From contig OZ251252.1 in NCBI GenBank assembly GCA_965240325.2, positions 372,001-436,000 of the forward strand: a DNA stretch of 64,000 bases, in the 5' to 3' direction. A model generated the notes under the pieces. The model was not told the DNA's origin, made no database searches, and was given only the letters and a program-made list of their open reading frames with translations. Below are positions 42,697 through 54,260 of the stretch, one piece after another; the stretch's first letter is position 1; each line of letters starts with the position of its first letter. The translations under genes and the position numbers were made by a program. Source of the stretch: Rebecca billardiae RCC1528 (lineage: Eukaryota; Protista; Haptophyta).

Positions 42697-43279
42697 GGAG
42701 GCATTGGCTGGCGGAGGGGGGAATGCGCGGGCGCATCGGCGCGTGCGTGACGCGCGCCGACAGGCGTTGGCGTGGCGTCGGGGCCCCACGTCACGCGCGG
42801 CTCTCCCTCTGCATATTATCGTCCTGCTCAAGGACGAGATGGATATGCTGATATGCACCTTGCAGTTGCAGCACGACGGCGACACGCTTCGCATCGGCGC
42901 ATCAATCGGCGCGGCCGGTCTAGATCGATCTGTGACTGTAGGCAGCCATCCTCGCTGAGCGGATGGCGGCGGCCGGGCGATGATCGTGCGCGTCGTCGAT
43001 CGATGTATATCGCGTCGGCGGTCATCGGCGCCGAATGAGAGCCATCGATCTGTCCTAGCCGTGACGTCCGTGCGCCCGTGCCGGCTCCTGTCCATGACTC
43101 ATGAGTCGACAGTCACAGAGTGAGCAGCATCACGAGGTGGGATGACGACACACGACGAAAAAAATCCGGTGGCCGGACGCGGTCGAACTCGAAGAGAATC
43201 GCGAGCGGTGGGTCGGAGATCGTCCATCATCCATTCTCGACGAGGCCGCGTAATTTGCGCGCCTGGACGACGCTGCACG

Positions 43280-43942
43280 ATGACGGGGCGGAGCCGCTGG
43301 GCGGCGCGCGCGTGCGCGTGGCTGCTGCTCTCGGCCCTGCTGCCGCTTGCCAACTCCCTCCGCCCGCTGCACCACCGGCGAGTCGCGACCTCGCCGCTCC
43401 TGCGCCGCGCCGCGGGCCGTCAGCACAGCGGGGGTCGCGCGCGGCGAGCGGAGCCACAATGCGCCATCGACCTCGCCGAATGCCTGCGCACGTTCGTCGA
43501 GTCCGGGGTGGTGACGTGCGCGACGCAGGCAACGGACGAGGCCGCCCGCTCGCCCGCCGTCGTGGACGACGTCTTCGCCGGGCTCACCGGCGGCTTTGTC
43601 GGCTGCACGGGCACGATCATCGCCCTTGAGCTCCGCAAGGCTCCGGTCAAGAACATGCTCAAGTGCGAGTACTGCGAGGGCACGGGCCGGCTCAAGTGCG
43701 GCACGTGCTTCGGCGCGGGCTGCGACGAGTGCAAGGACACGGGATCCGTGCGCTGCGTCACGTGCGCGGGCACCGGGCGCGCCGTCTCGACCGAGGTCGA
43801 GAAGCAGCAGTTCCGCGCCATCTTTGGGCTGTTCCCCGAGATGCGCTATGGGCCCGAGTCCACCATGTTCGACGACCGTGACCCGGACACGTCGGACGCG
43901 GTGGAGACGACGTCGAGCGGGCGGCCACCATCGCAGCAGTAG
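43280..43942 (+). CDS. Orange (OR)-like DnaJ-type zinc-finger protein, probably plastid-targeted
   Basis: Signal peptide plus Arg-rich transit-like stretch; TM segment VFAGLTGGFVGCTGTIIALE followed by four CxxCxxxG repeats, the layout of the OR C-terminus. Confidence 0.72.
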   Translation: MTGRSRWAARACAWLLLSALLPLANSLRPLHHRRVATSPLLRRAAGRQHSGGRARRAEPQCAIDLAECLRTFVESGVVTCATQATDEAARSPAVVDDVFAGLTGGFVGCTGTIIALELRKAPVKNMLKCEYCEGTGRLKCGTCFGAGCDECKDTGSVRCVTCAGTGRAVSTEVEKQQFRAIFGLFPEMRYGPESTMFDDRDPDTSDAVETTSSGRPPSQQ

Positions 43943-44833
43943 CGGCCGTGCCGCGTGTGGCGGTGCTGATAAGCCGGTTGAGGAAGGGCGCGCCCGCGGG
44001 CGGCAGAGTCTGTCACGCACAGTCGAGTACGACGGGGTGGTGGTCATCATCATCATCATCATCATATATATATATATATACTCAATGCGCTACTGCTGCT
44101 GAAATCAGTTCTGCTGCGCGCCGGCTCGCGCGCCGCCGCGCGACATCATCACTGCTCACTGGCGGCCGAGCTGGACGAATCCGACGACTGTCATGACAAT
44201 ATAAATAATCAGTAATATATAATAATAATATGATCGAAATATATGACAGTCGTATCGTACTGACGATCGATGATGATTACAGATTAGCAGACTGAGTAAC
44301 CGTATTAGTATAGCGCATAGCTAGTCGTCACTGCTACTCGGTAGTCGGTGCGGCCGCGCCGCCTCGCGGAGCCCGGGTCACCGCCGCCGCGGTCGGGCAG
44401 CGCGGTGAGCGCCCGGCTCGGTGGCCGCAGGCTGCGCGGTGCCAGCAGCCGGCGTCATCCTGATCCGTGCCGCGTCGAGCCGTGAGATGCTGATGATTAT
44501 ATAATAATAATCTAATATATATAAGCGTCGTCGTAGTCACTCTTCGCGTCTGACTCATCACCGCCCCCGACTCGTCCCGCCGTCGGAATTGTCGTTCACG
44601 TTGAGTCAGAGTCGGGGCCGTCGTCATCGTTACACTGCTCGTCGCCCCATATATCGGCCCGCCGCCCATACATCCGCGCCCATGAGGTCCCATCCGCCCA
44701 TATTATGAGTATCAACTTGCTGATATGTTATGATGATATATATGTATAACGGAGCTACGCTGCTGCTATTATAATAAATAAATAAATTAAATAATGGGGC
44801 GGCGTCGGCCGCGACTGGCCGCGCCGGGCCGCA

Positions 44834-46294
44834 TCAGCAGACACGAGCACGCCACGCCGTCTCGACGCACGCGGGCGTGGCAACCAGCTGGGTGGGCTCG
44901 TCTTGCTCGGCCGCGCTCATGCCGAGGCCGAGCGCAGCCGACCGCCTGCCGCACGCGTACACGCTGCCGTCCGAGCTCACGAACAGCGAGTGGGAGTAGC
45001 CCATGGCACAGTGCGCCACGCGTGCTTGAGCGAGGGCGTCGATACGAGCGGGTAGCCACCGTTCGCCGGCGCCATCGCACCCCAGCCGACCGTCCTCGTT
45101 GTTCCCAAACGTGTGCACGCTGCCTTCCGCGCCCAGCACCGCGCTGCTGTTGTAGCCGGCGCTGGCGCGCACTGCGAGCACATCAGCGGACGCCTCGATG
45201 CGCCGGGGCGTGGCAGGTGACCCACGGGCACCTTGGCCGAGCTTGCCGCGCCACCTGTCTCCAAACGAGTACACGCTGCCTGCTGCGTCCACCACCAGGC
45301 TGTGGTAGGCACCTGCGCTCACGTGCACGGCAGGCACGCCCGCAAGCGCCTCGATGAGCCTCGGCGTGGGCTGCTCCTGCCTGTCGCCGTGACCCAGCTG
45401 GTCGCAAGTGCCACGGCCGCACGAGTAGACGGCGCCACGCGTGGTCAGCAGCAGCGTGTGTGCATACCCCGCTGCAAGCATGCCCACGCGCTCGCCTCCG
45501 AGGCCCCTGACACGCGTGGGCTCCCGCCGGTTCGTGTGGCCGCCGTCGCCGAGCTGGCCGCAATCGTTCTCACCCCAGCTGTGCGCGCACCCAGCGGCTG
45601 TGAGCGCGAGGCTGTGGTAGTGGCCGGTCGCGATGGCGACGACGGGCTCGCTCGCGGGAAGCTTGACGAGAGCGAATGAACGCCGGTCCCTCGTGTCCCC
45701 CAGCCCCAGCTGGCCGTATCGGTTCCTGCCGCAGCCGTACACGGCGCCGGCCTCGCTGAGCGCGAGCAGGTGGTAGTGGGCAGCGGCCACTGAGCACAAG
45801 CGCACCGCGCTGAGGGAGGCGACGCGCGTCGGCACGCGCACTGCCGGCCTGCCCGAGAGTCCTGAAGCCACATGCGCCCGATACCCGCCCACCAGCCGCC
45901 CGAACTTGTCCCGCGCCTCCTCCTCGCCGCACGTGTGCAGCCTGCCCTCAGCGTCCACAATCGCGCTGAAGCCAAAGCCGGCCGCCACGGATAGCGAGCG
46001 CGCGCGTGCGACCTCAAGCAACCGCTCGCGTATGAACAGCTCCTCTGTCCATGTGCGCACGCCCGAGGGCAGCGACGCCGGCAGCGCGCGCTCGTGCCCC
46101 CGCGCGCGCACGCGCTCGCGCAGCGCGCGCTCGACCGGCGAGCGCTCGCCGGGCGGCGCGGCGTGGAAGAGGCACGCGGTGGCGTTCAGGCTGGCGAGGT
46201 CGCGCGGCGATATGAGCGGGATGATGCGCTCGAGCACCTCGCGTGGCAGGTCGTCGAACCCGGGGCGCGGTGCGTGCGTCCGTGCCGTGGCCAT
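44834..46294 (-). CDS. F-box + RCC1-repeat protein
   Basis: FDDLPREVLERII F-box; repeats GxYHSLALTxxGxVYSxGxNxxGQLG. Alternative upstream ATG at 46450. Confidence 0.88.
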   Translation of the reverse strand: MATARTHAPRPGFDDLPREVLERIIPLISPRDLASLNATACLFHAAPPGERSPVERALRERVRARGHERALPASLPSGVRTWTEELFIRERLLEVARARSLSVAAGFGFSAIVDAEGRLHTCGEEEARDKFGRLVGGYRAHVASGLSGRPAVRVPTRVASLSAVRLCSVAAAHYHLLALSEAGAVYGCGRNRYGQLGLGDTRDRRSFALVKLPASEPVVAIATGHYHSLALTAAGCAHSWGENDCGQLGDGGHTNRREPTRVRGLGGERVGMLAAGYAHTLLLTTRGAVYSCGRGTCDQLGHGDRQEQPTPRLIEALAGVPAVHVSAGAYHSLVVDAAGSVYSFGDRWRGKLGQGARGSPATPRRIEASADVLAVRASAGYNSSAVLGAEGSVHTFGNNEDGRLGCDGAGERWLPARIDALAQARVAHCAMGYSHSLFVSSDGSVYACGRRSAALGLGMSAAEQDEPTQLVATPACVETAWRARVC

Positions 46295-46470
46295 CGAGTC
46301 GAGCACGAGAAGACGAGGTGAGGGGCGAGCGGTCAGCGGAGGACGGTGCGCTGCTGAGGACAAAAGTGCCTGCTCTGTCCTCAAGTCCGGGCGGTGCCAC
46401 AACTCCAAGTCTCCAACAGGCAACACAGCTTCCGGACTACTGTCATTCATGCAGTGCGGTGACAGTTGGC

Positions 46471-46540
46471 GGGCGTCGATCTCGCCTGCCTGATTTGATG
46501 ATGATGAGCTGTGTGCGTCTCTTATTCTTAGTAAACTGTA
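46471..46540 (-). mobile_element. Isolated pogo/Tc2-like terminal inverted repeat
   Basis: Matches 58127-58182 apart from an internal gat-rich insert; reads TA|CAGTTTACTAAGAATAAGAGACGCAC on the minus strand. Confidence 0.5.
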
Positions 46541-47219
46541 GCTCGCAGTGCCCGCTGCCAGCCGCAGTAGTGCGGCGGCAGAGCAGTGTAATCCGAGCAG
46601 GTGAGCCGTTAGTCAAAGTTTATATTAGTGACCGTAGTACCGCCATTGTAGCAGCACTATTAGCCAGCCTCCGGGACCGCTAATGCCGATCACTCCGCGG
46701 TGCTGACCGACTGTGGCAATAACCATTATTATATGCTCAGTAACGACAGTAATGGCGGCGGCAAAGTCCCAGTCGAGGGTCATGCTGAGCAGTGAGCTCA
46801 GAGCTGCCTAGTACTGTAGTAGCTCACCTGGCCCGCACTGCGGGCACCGTGTCAACGTCACAGCCGGCTGAGGCCTGGCTGAGAATTAATGTGACGTATA
46901 CTAAATTATTATACGACATCTGAGTATACTCGTCGGTTTAATATTATAACTGAATTAACCGATACGACGTTCGACATTCACTGACTGTTCATATTTATTA
47001 TTATAAATGAAATCATAAGAAATGACATCACTGGTCCGAGCCTGCTGCTGTGTCGCTGCGGCTCGGACCAGTGATGTCATCGTCGCCGGCCGAGCTGCTC
47101 AGGCCCGCTGGGCCTACTCGACTGTCCGAATGTATGCTTGAGTATTGCAGAGGCGTAGCCTGCTCAATAGGCTGCTCATCACTATTCACTGCGAATATCC
47201 GGTATATACTCACTCACTG

Positions 47220-47729
47220 CAGGGACCGTCGCTCGCACTTTCCCTGGCTGCGAGTAGAGCGAACTCGCACTCGCACTTTTGAGGGGACCTTGCGAGTTCC
47301 TCTGCGAGTTGAACTCGCAGGCCCACTGGGCGGAATCGGCGGCCGCGAGTGCGAGTGCGAGTAGAAGTGCGATACGAGTGGCACTCGCAAAGTGCAAGTG
47401 CCAACTCGCAGATGTCCGGGGGCCATTCTTGCCTCTTTGAGCATCATTCTGAGACATTCTCCCTTGATTTCTTTGATTCCATCAACTCTGTACAGTGGTT
47501 GGACCAAAGGAATCCGGCGACAGAGCCAACTCGCGTTGAACTCGTCGCGCTCAACTCGCACAATCGCCCAGAAAGGCCCTTTGCGAGTACCCTTGCGAGT
47601 TGACTCGCAAGCCCGCTGGGCCGGATCGGCGCCTCATGCGAGCGCGAGTGCGAGTGCCTGTAGGCACTCGCGCTCGCGCCCTGCTCGCACTCGCACCGCG
47701 AGTGCACTCGCTGCGAGCACCAGCCCCTG
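47220..47729. mobile_element. Non-autonomous hAT-like MITE rich in ACTCGC/GCGAGT motifs
   Basis: Imperfect TIRs CAGGGaccgtcGCTCGCA and TGCGAGCaccagcCCCTG; many ACTCGC hexamers in both orientations; internal direct repeat (~47263-47360 vs ~47553-47655); gtatata near both flanks. Confidence 0.55.
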
Positions 47730-48040
47730 GTATATATAGCAGTCACATATCTGATATCCGAGTAGTTATAGACGCTTATTCGGACCTGCTGCTTACTGCA
47801 TAGCAGCCGAGCAATAATTCGTTATTCATCTACTGCGAGTCCGCGAGCCCGCCCCCGACCCGCCAGTGGAGCATCAGTCGTATATATGGCGGTAGTATAG
47901 TTAGTTACGCCGCCTGAGCGGTATCGAGCCTTACTGCTGCATATATGCGCCGCCGCCGCTTCGTCCGAGTTGCGGGCATCCGCGCGGTGCCAGTCGTGCG
48001 CGGGCGGTGCCACGCGACTACTGCGCGCCATTGTCATCAC

Positions 48041-49069
48041 TCATTGTATTGACTCATGGTCCGCCCGCCTCGTGCTGCGCGCGCGCCAACCACATGTCGT
48101 GCTGCCAAGCTGCACGCGCTGCTCACGCGTGAGGAAGCTGAGAGCACGCTCGGGGTCCGTCCTCAGCCACGCGTTCAGTTTCGTCAACTGCGCCGCCGAC
48201 AAGTGTCCGCTCCGCGACTGGGCCAACGCGGCGGCCGGCGTACCGCGCAGCTGCCGCTTCTGGTCCTCCTCCGGCGCGCGCCGGTAGCCACGAAGCTCGG
48301 CCACGCGCCCTGATGTCTCCCCCTCCACTGTGCTCAGCAGCGCTGCAGGCAGCAAGCAGATGTCCGCGCATGAGCGCGCGCGCGCCGTGCGGATCAGCTC
48401 AGCGAGCGGCAGGACCGCGGGGTCGAAGGCCACGAGGACGGCCTCACGCCCGCTCACGAACCCCGCCTCGGTGCTCACCACGCCGTCGATCTGCCCGAGG
48501 CAGCCCTCGCCCTCCCAGAAGCAGGGCATGCACAGCGCGGCACGCGCCACTCGGGCAGACAGCTCCGAGGCCAGCAGCTCGAGCTGCGCGGGGACGGGCT
48601 GGTGGCACGCGCGGAGCGCGGCGAGCATGCGCACCACGAGCGCGTCTGCCTGCCACACGCGGTCTTGACGTGGGATCACGTCCGCCCCCTCGCCGTCGAC
48701 GAAGCGCACGACCTGGTAGTTGAAGGCCGGCTCTGCAAAGCGCGCGAGCGTTGCCGCGTCCTCGCCTGGCGCGTTGTTTCGCACGAGGAGGGGGATGAAG
48801 GCGTGCTCGATCGCGTCGACGATGCGAGCGTGCGAGAGCACGTCCTGCCCGAACTGACGGCACCCCACGCAGCCGGGCACCTCCTGGAAGAGGATGAGCA
48901 CAGGCACGCCCGACGCGCGGCTGCGTGCGAGCGCCTCGTCGCAGCGCCGGCCCCAGCGGACCGTGCCCACTTCGGTCGGCGGGGCGCTCGGAGCCGGAGT
49001 GGCCTTTGGTCGCGGCGGGTGCGTGACGTCCCGCGTGGAGCTGCGCATGAGATGCACGAGCCCGCGCAT
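48041..49069 (-). CDS. VPGUxxT-family thioredoxin-like domain fused to an MsrA-like domain
   Basis: EVGTVRW, PVLILFQEVPGCVGC, VLSH, FIPLLVRNN, then CFWEGE..DGVVSTEAGF..EAVLVAFDP; intronless. Start uncertain (49069 or 49048). Confidence 0.8.
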   Translation of the reverse strand: MRGLVHLMRSSTRDVTHPPRPKATPAPSAPPTEVGTVRWGRRCDEALARSRASGVPVLILFQEVPGCVGCRQFGQDVLSHARIVDAIEHAFIPLLVRNNAPGEDAATLARFAEPAFNYQVVRFVDGEGADVIPRQDRVWQADALVVRMLAALRACHQPVPAQLELLASELSARVARAALCMPCFWEGEGCLGQIDGVVSTEAGFVSGREAVLVAFDPAVLPLAELIRTARARSCADICLLPAALLSTVEGETSGRVAELRGYRRAPEEDQKRQLRGTPAAALAQSRSGHLSAAQLTKLNAWLRTDPERALSFLTREQRVQLGSTTCGWRARSTRRADHESIQ

Positions 49070-50980
49070 GTCCCGGGGGGCGAGTGGGGCGGTGAAGAAG
49101 ACTGCACGGACGGGTGGCAGACCGACCGACGACCGGCGAGTTCCGCGAAGCGACGAGTCAAACGGCCGCCGCGACAGGCCTCTGCAGCCTGCCACACCTC
49201 TTGTGGCATGGCCGCTCCAATATGTTACCCCACTGGCTCGCCGCGATGTGCGTCCGTCGGACAATGTGTTGACACATGGGGGCCCTGAGATTGAGGCAGA
49301 CCCTGCTGCGGGCAGTCGCACTGGTCACGGAGCTCACAACGGCATTACACAGTCAGACACTGGACAGCAGGCCACACAGCCACCTGCTGGCTCTGCCAAG
49401 ACACTGGCAGCCCCCAGGCGCAGGCTGCCTCCTCCTAGTCAAGCTCAGCAAGACAGCCCCCCGCCCAAACGACACTGCCCACCCCACCAGGCAAATGTGC
49501 CTATCCTAACACCAACTGGCAGGCAGGCTCAGCCTGCGCAACGAAGTATGCAACCCCCTGCAAAGAGCAGCAGAAAGAGGCGCGCAAACGACACCTCCCC
49601 AGGCGTATTAGCCATCGCCACCACTCTGCTTGCGTCCTACAGCGGCCCACGCCCTGACTTGATGCCCGATATCGCACACATGTCTGACATGACACCATCT
49701 GCCTCCATAGCAGCACGAGTGAAATACAGGCGCCTCACTGCCAGGACCAGTGGCCCAGACCCCTGCCCAGCTACTGGGCTCGCTGACAGCCCCCTCCGTC
49801 CCCTCCCCCGCGCAGGGATCGGCTAGTGGCTGGCCCTCTGCCCACACTGGGGCGCCCTAGGGGGTGCCCAGTCTGCCGACTCGGCTCAAACTCGATGATC
49901 TCGAATTGCAAGGCAGTGCACTGCTGGTACCTGGGACCACCCCACAGTGTTGGGCTTGTATGCTGTCGGCAATGGCATACCCCCGCCCCCTCTGGAGGCG
50001 GGCTGTCCACAGCGGAGTGGTGTCAAGGCACTTGGTGTATCGGTCAGTGGTTTGAGGTTGGGTGAGGGTGGTGGTTGGTTGGGGGCTGGCCAGGGTAGGG
50101 CTGGAGGCTTCGGCCGCCAGTCTGATCACCCGGAGCCCGTTATAAAGGGGAATTTATACGACCCGTTGCACGCGTGAGCGCCGAAAAAACGACACTTTGG
50201 CAGTGATAGTCATCAGCACCGTCGCCGCATCGTGGGCATGCCGCTGCCGCCGCCGGCGGCGGCAGCGGGAGCGTGGCAGCAGATCTACCACCTTCCGCGT
50301 TACGCGCTGCGTCGTGCGCGCCAGGTGGCAGGTTTCCCAGGTCCGCCGCGCGGAAGGCAGCGTGAGCGGTCGGCGAGCGCACGGAGATGAGAAGTAAGCG
50401 CGCATCGTGAGAGCTTCAGCAGCTTGCCCACGCGCTTCACGAAGGCGGTGTGGTTGCGTGCGCACGCCTTCTGTACCCGTACCCGCGATCAAAGCGTGAG
50501 CCACTCCCTAGGTCTTGCCTGCGCATCGCGGGCCGCGCCTCGTCTCCTGAATCCTCGTTCACGAGGACAGCACGTGTATCCGTGTACGCGCTCGCGGCCG
50601 ATGGCGGCTCCCCGCGTCGAGAGCCGTTTGGCTGGAGCCGCATCCAAGGGCATGTATCCTCACGGCCCCACCCGATGCTGACGCTGAGGTGGCGTGCTTG
50701 CCGAAGGTAGCCGCATTGGCTGATCTCTCTGCCTTTGGGCAACCCTTTGCAACCGCGCCGGCTCACGCTGCCAGCGCGCGCGCGGCGTGGCTTCGTGGTG
50801 GACACCTGCCCTGGGTTTTGTCGTTCGTTCTCAGCGACGGTTGGGTCGATTGACATGCGGATTGGATTGGTGCATTGCGAATCGGCTTCGCAATGCACCA
50901 TTGCGCTCGGATCGGCGCGGACGTCAGCCATGCGGCAGCGCGAGCGACAAAACCGCGAGATTTCATACGCTTGTCGTTTT

Positions 50981-51197
50981 TGGTGCGATAAACACCGAAG
51001 GCTGGTGGCAGCTTACTAATCAGAAGATGGCTCAAACAACCAGAGGTCACAGCACACCATGCATCGTGCCCGGACCGTGCGCGGTCCGGCAGTGCACAGA
51101 CTCACAGTGGACCGGATGTTCTTCCGGGTGAGGCGGCACTCGCCGCCGCAAGGGGAAGCGCATCAGCAGGCGGCTCCGAGTCGCAGCTGCATCGCGT
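50981..51197. repeat. Repeat A, copy 1 (217 bp)
   Basis: Identical by eye to 54993-55209. Confidence 0.96.
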
Positions 51198-51269
51198 TGC
51201 GTTGCCCCCCGGGGGCGCGGCGACGGCCTCGGCGAGCGTGCCCTTGGGGCCGCAGCTGGGCTCGCACAG

Positions 51270-54260
51270 CGACATGGCCCAGTCCTCGTGGCGCGATGGC
51301 CCGCGGGGATAGGGCCTCCCCCGACCGCCGGCTCTTCGCGGGTCGGCGAGGGTTGCCAACAACCTGCAACCCTGCAACCGAGAAGCGCTCGTTGCATTCC
51401 GCGGCGCTGCCGCAGACGGTCGGGGCGAGCGTGCCCTCGGGGCCGCCGTCGGTGTCTCATGGAGACAGGGTCCAGCCCTCGTGGCTCGATGGCCCGCTGG
51501 CGCTCTGGCCTACCTCAGTCGGCCCTTCGGGAGTCTGTGAGGGTTGCCTGCAACCTGCAACCGGGAAGCTCACGCCGCATATCGCGGTGCTGCAGCGGAC
51601 GGTTTGGGCGTGTGCGCCCTTGTGGCCGCCGCCGTTGTCTCATGGAGACAGGGTCCAGCCCTCGTGGCTCGATGGCCCGCTGGTGCTCTGGCCTGCCTCA
51701 GTCGGCTCTTCGTGAGTCGGTGAGGGTTGCCTGCAACCTGCAACCGGGAAGCTCACGCCGCATATCGCGGTGCTGCAGCGGACGGTCTGGGCGTGTGCGC
51801 CCTTGTGGCCGCCGCCGTCGTCTCATGGAGACAGGGTCCAGCCCTCGTGGCTCGATGGCCCGCTGGTGCTCTGGCCTGCCTCAGTCGGCTCTTCGTGAGT
51901 CGGTGAGGGTTGCCTGCAACCTGCAACCGGGAAGCTCACGCCGCATATCGCGGTGCTGCAGCGGACGGTCTGGGCGTGTGCGCCCTCGTGGCCGCCGCCG
52001 TCGTCTCATGGAGACAGGGTCCAGCCCTCGTGGCTCGATGGCCCGCTGGTGCTCTGGCCTACCTCAGTCGGTCCTTCGTGAGTCGGTGAGGGTTGCCTGC
52101 ACCTGCAACCGGGAAGCTCACGCAGCGTACAGCTGTGCTGCAGCGGCCGGTTTGGGTGTGTGTGCCCTTGTGGCCGCCGCCGTTGTCTCATGGAGACAGG
52201 GTCCAGCCCTCGTGGCTCGATGGCTCGCTGGTGCTCTGGCCTACCTCAGTCGGCTCTTCGTGAGTCGGTGAGGGTTGCCTGCAACCTGCAACCGGGAAGC
52301 TCACGCCGCATATCGCGGTGCTGCAGCGGACGGTTTGGGCGTGTGCGCCCTTGTGGCCGCCGCCGTTGTCTCATGGAGACAGGGTCCAGCCCTCGTGGCT
52401 CGATGGCCCGCTGGTGCTCTGGCCTGCCTCAGTCGGCTCTTCGTGAGTCGGTGAGGGTTGCCTGCAACCTGCAACCGGGAAGCTCACGCCGCATATCGCG
52501 GTGCTGCAGCGGACGGTCTGGGCGTGTGCGCCCTCGTGGCCGCCGCCGTCGTCTCATGGAGACAGGGTCCAGCCCTCGTGGCTCGATGGCCCGCTGGTGC
52601 TCTGGCCTACCTCAGTCGGTCCTTCGTGAGTCGGTGAGGGTTGCCTGCACCTGCAACCGGGAAGCTCACGCAGCGTACAGCTGTGCTGCAGCGGCCGGTT
52701 TGGGTGTGTGTGCCCTTGTGGCCGCCGCCGTTGTCTCATGGAGACAGGGTCCAGCCCTCGTGGCTCGATGGCTCGCTGGTGCTCTGGCCTGCCTCAGTCG
52801 GCTCTTCGTGAGTCGGTGAGGGTTGCCTGCAACCTGCAACCGGGAAGCTCACGCCGCATATCGCGGTGCTGCAGCGGACGGTTTGGGCGTGTGCGCCCTT
52901 GTGGCCGCCGCCGTTGTCTCATGGAGACAGGGTCCAGCCCTCGTGGCTCGATGGCCCGCTGGTGCTCTGGCCTGCCTCAGTCGGCTCTTCGTGAGTCGGT
53001 GAGGGTTGCCTGCAACCTGCAACCGGGAAGCTCACGCCGCATATCGCGGTGCTGCAGCGGACGGTCTGGGCGTGTGCGCCCTCGTGGCCGCCGCCGTCGT
53101 CTCATGGAGACAGGGTCCAGCCCTCGTGGCTCGATGGCCCGCTGGTGCTCTGGCCTACCACAGTCGGTCCTTCGGGAGTCGGTGAGGGTTGCCTGCACCT
53201 GCAACCGGGAAGCTCACGCAGCGTACAGCTGTGCTGCAGCGGCCGGTTTGGGTGTGTGTGCCCTTGTGGCCGCCGCCGTTGTCTCATGGAGACAGGGTCC
53301 AGCCCTCGTGGCTCGATGGCCCGCTGGTGCTCTGGCCTGCCTCAGTCCCGGGCTCTTCGTGAGTCGGTGAGGGTTGCCTGCAACCGCCTGCAACCTGGAA
53401 GCTCACGCAGCATTACATTGCGGTGCTGAGGCGCGGCGGACGGTCTGGGCGTGTGTGCCCTGGTGGCCGCCGGCGCCGTTCGGTCTCATGCTGAGACACG
53501 CGGGCGGTCCCGGCAGGCCCGTGTGGCTCGATGGCCCGCTGATGCTCGGGCCTACCTCAGTCCCGGGCTCTTCGTAAGTCGGTGAGGGCGTTGCCTGCAA
53601 CCGCCTGCAACCCCTGGAAGCTCACGCTAACACGCAGCACATTGCGCGGTGCTGTTCGGCGCGCGGACGGTCTGGGCGTGTGCGCCCTGGTGGCCACCGC
53701 CATCATGTCTCATGGAGACAGGGTCCAGTCATCTTGGCTTGATGGCCCGCTGGTGCTCGGGCCTCCCTCAGTCGGCTCTTCGTGAGTCGTCGGTGAGGGT
53801 TGCCTGCAGCCTTTATACCTCATTCGACCCTTCGTGCGTCTGTGAGGGTTGCATGCCTGCGACTTGCAGCTGAAAAGCTCGCGCAGCATCACTGCAGCAT
53901 GCAGCGGTGGCTGCAGCTTACGGTCTGGGCCGATGAGTGTGCCCTCGTGGCAGCTGCGTTGTCTCATGGAGACAGGGCCCAGCCCTCATGGCTCGATGGC
54001 CAGCTGGTGCTCTGGCCTCCCTCAGTGGCCCTCCGGGAGTCGGTGAGGCTGGCCGAGTGCAGCCTGCAACCAGGACTGGCTCACGCTGCATACTGAAGCT
54101 GGGCTGCAGCGGGCGCGGGTCCGGTCCGAGTGGGCGTGTGCGCCCTCTGGGCAGTTATCTCCTCATGGAGATAGGTTTCAGCCCTCGTGGCTCGATGGCC
54201 AGCTGGTGCTCGGGCCTACCTCACTCGGCTCTTCGTGAGTCGGTGAGGGGTGCCTGCATC
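51270..54260. repeat. 183-bp tandem array, ~16 units, with a 548-bp three-unit higher-order repeat
   Basis: ATGGAGA anchor at 51459, 51642, 51825, 52008, 52190, 52373, 52556, 52738, 52921, 53104, 53286, then degenerate units at ~53488, 53712, 53966, 54165. Confidence 0.97.

Noticed and set aside
48041-49069. Selenoprotein call
   Set aside because: The VPG-x codon is TGC (Cys), with no in-frame TGA.
51270-54260. CRISPR array, or coding 61-aa repeat protein (METGSSPRGSMARW...)
   Set aside because: No unique spacers or cas genes; frames are broken by the 182-bp variants and TGA stops.
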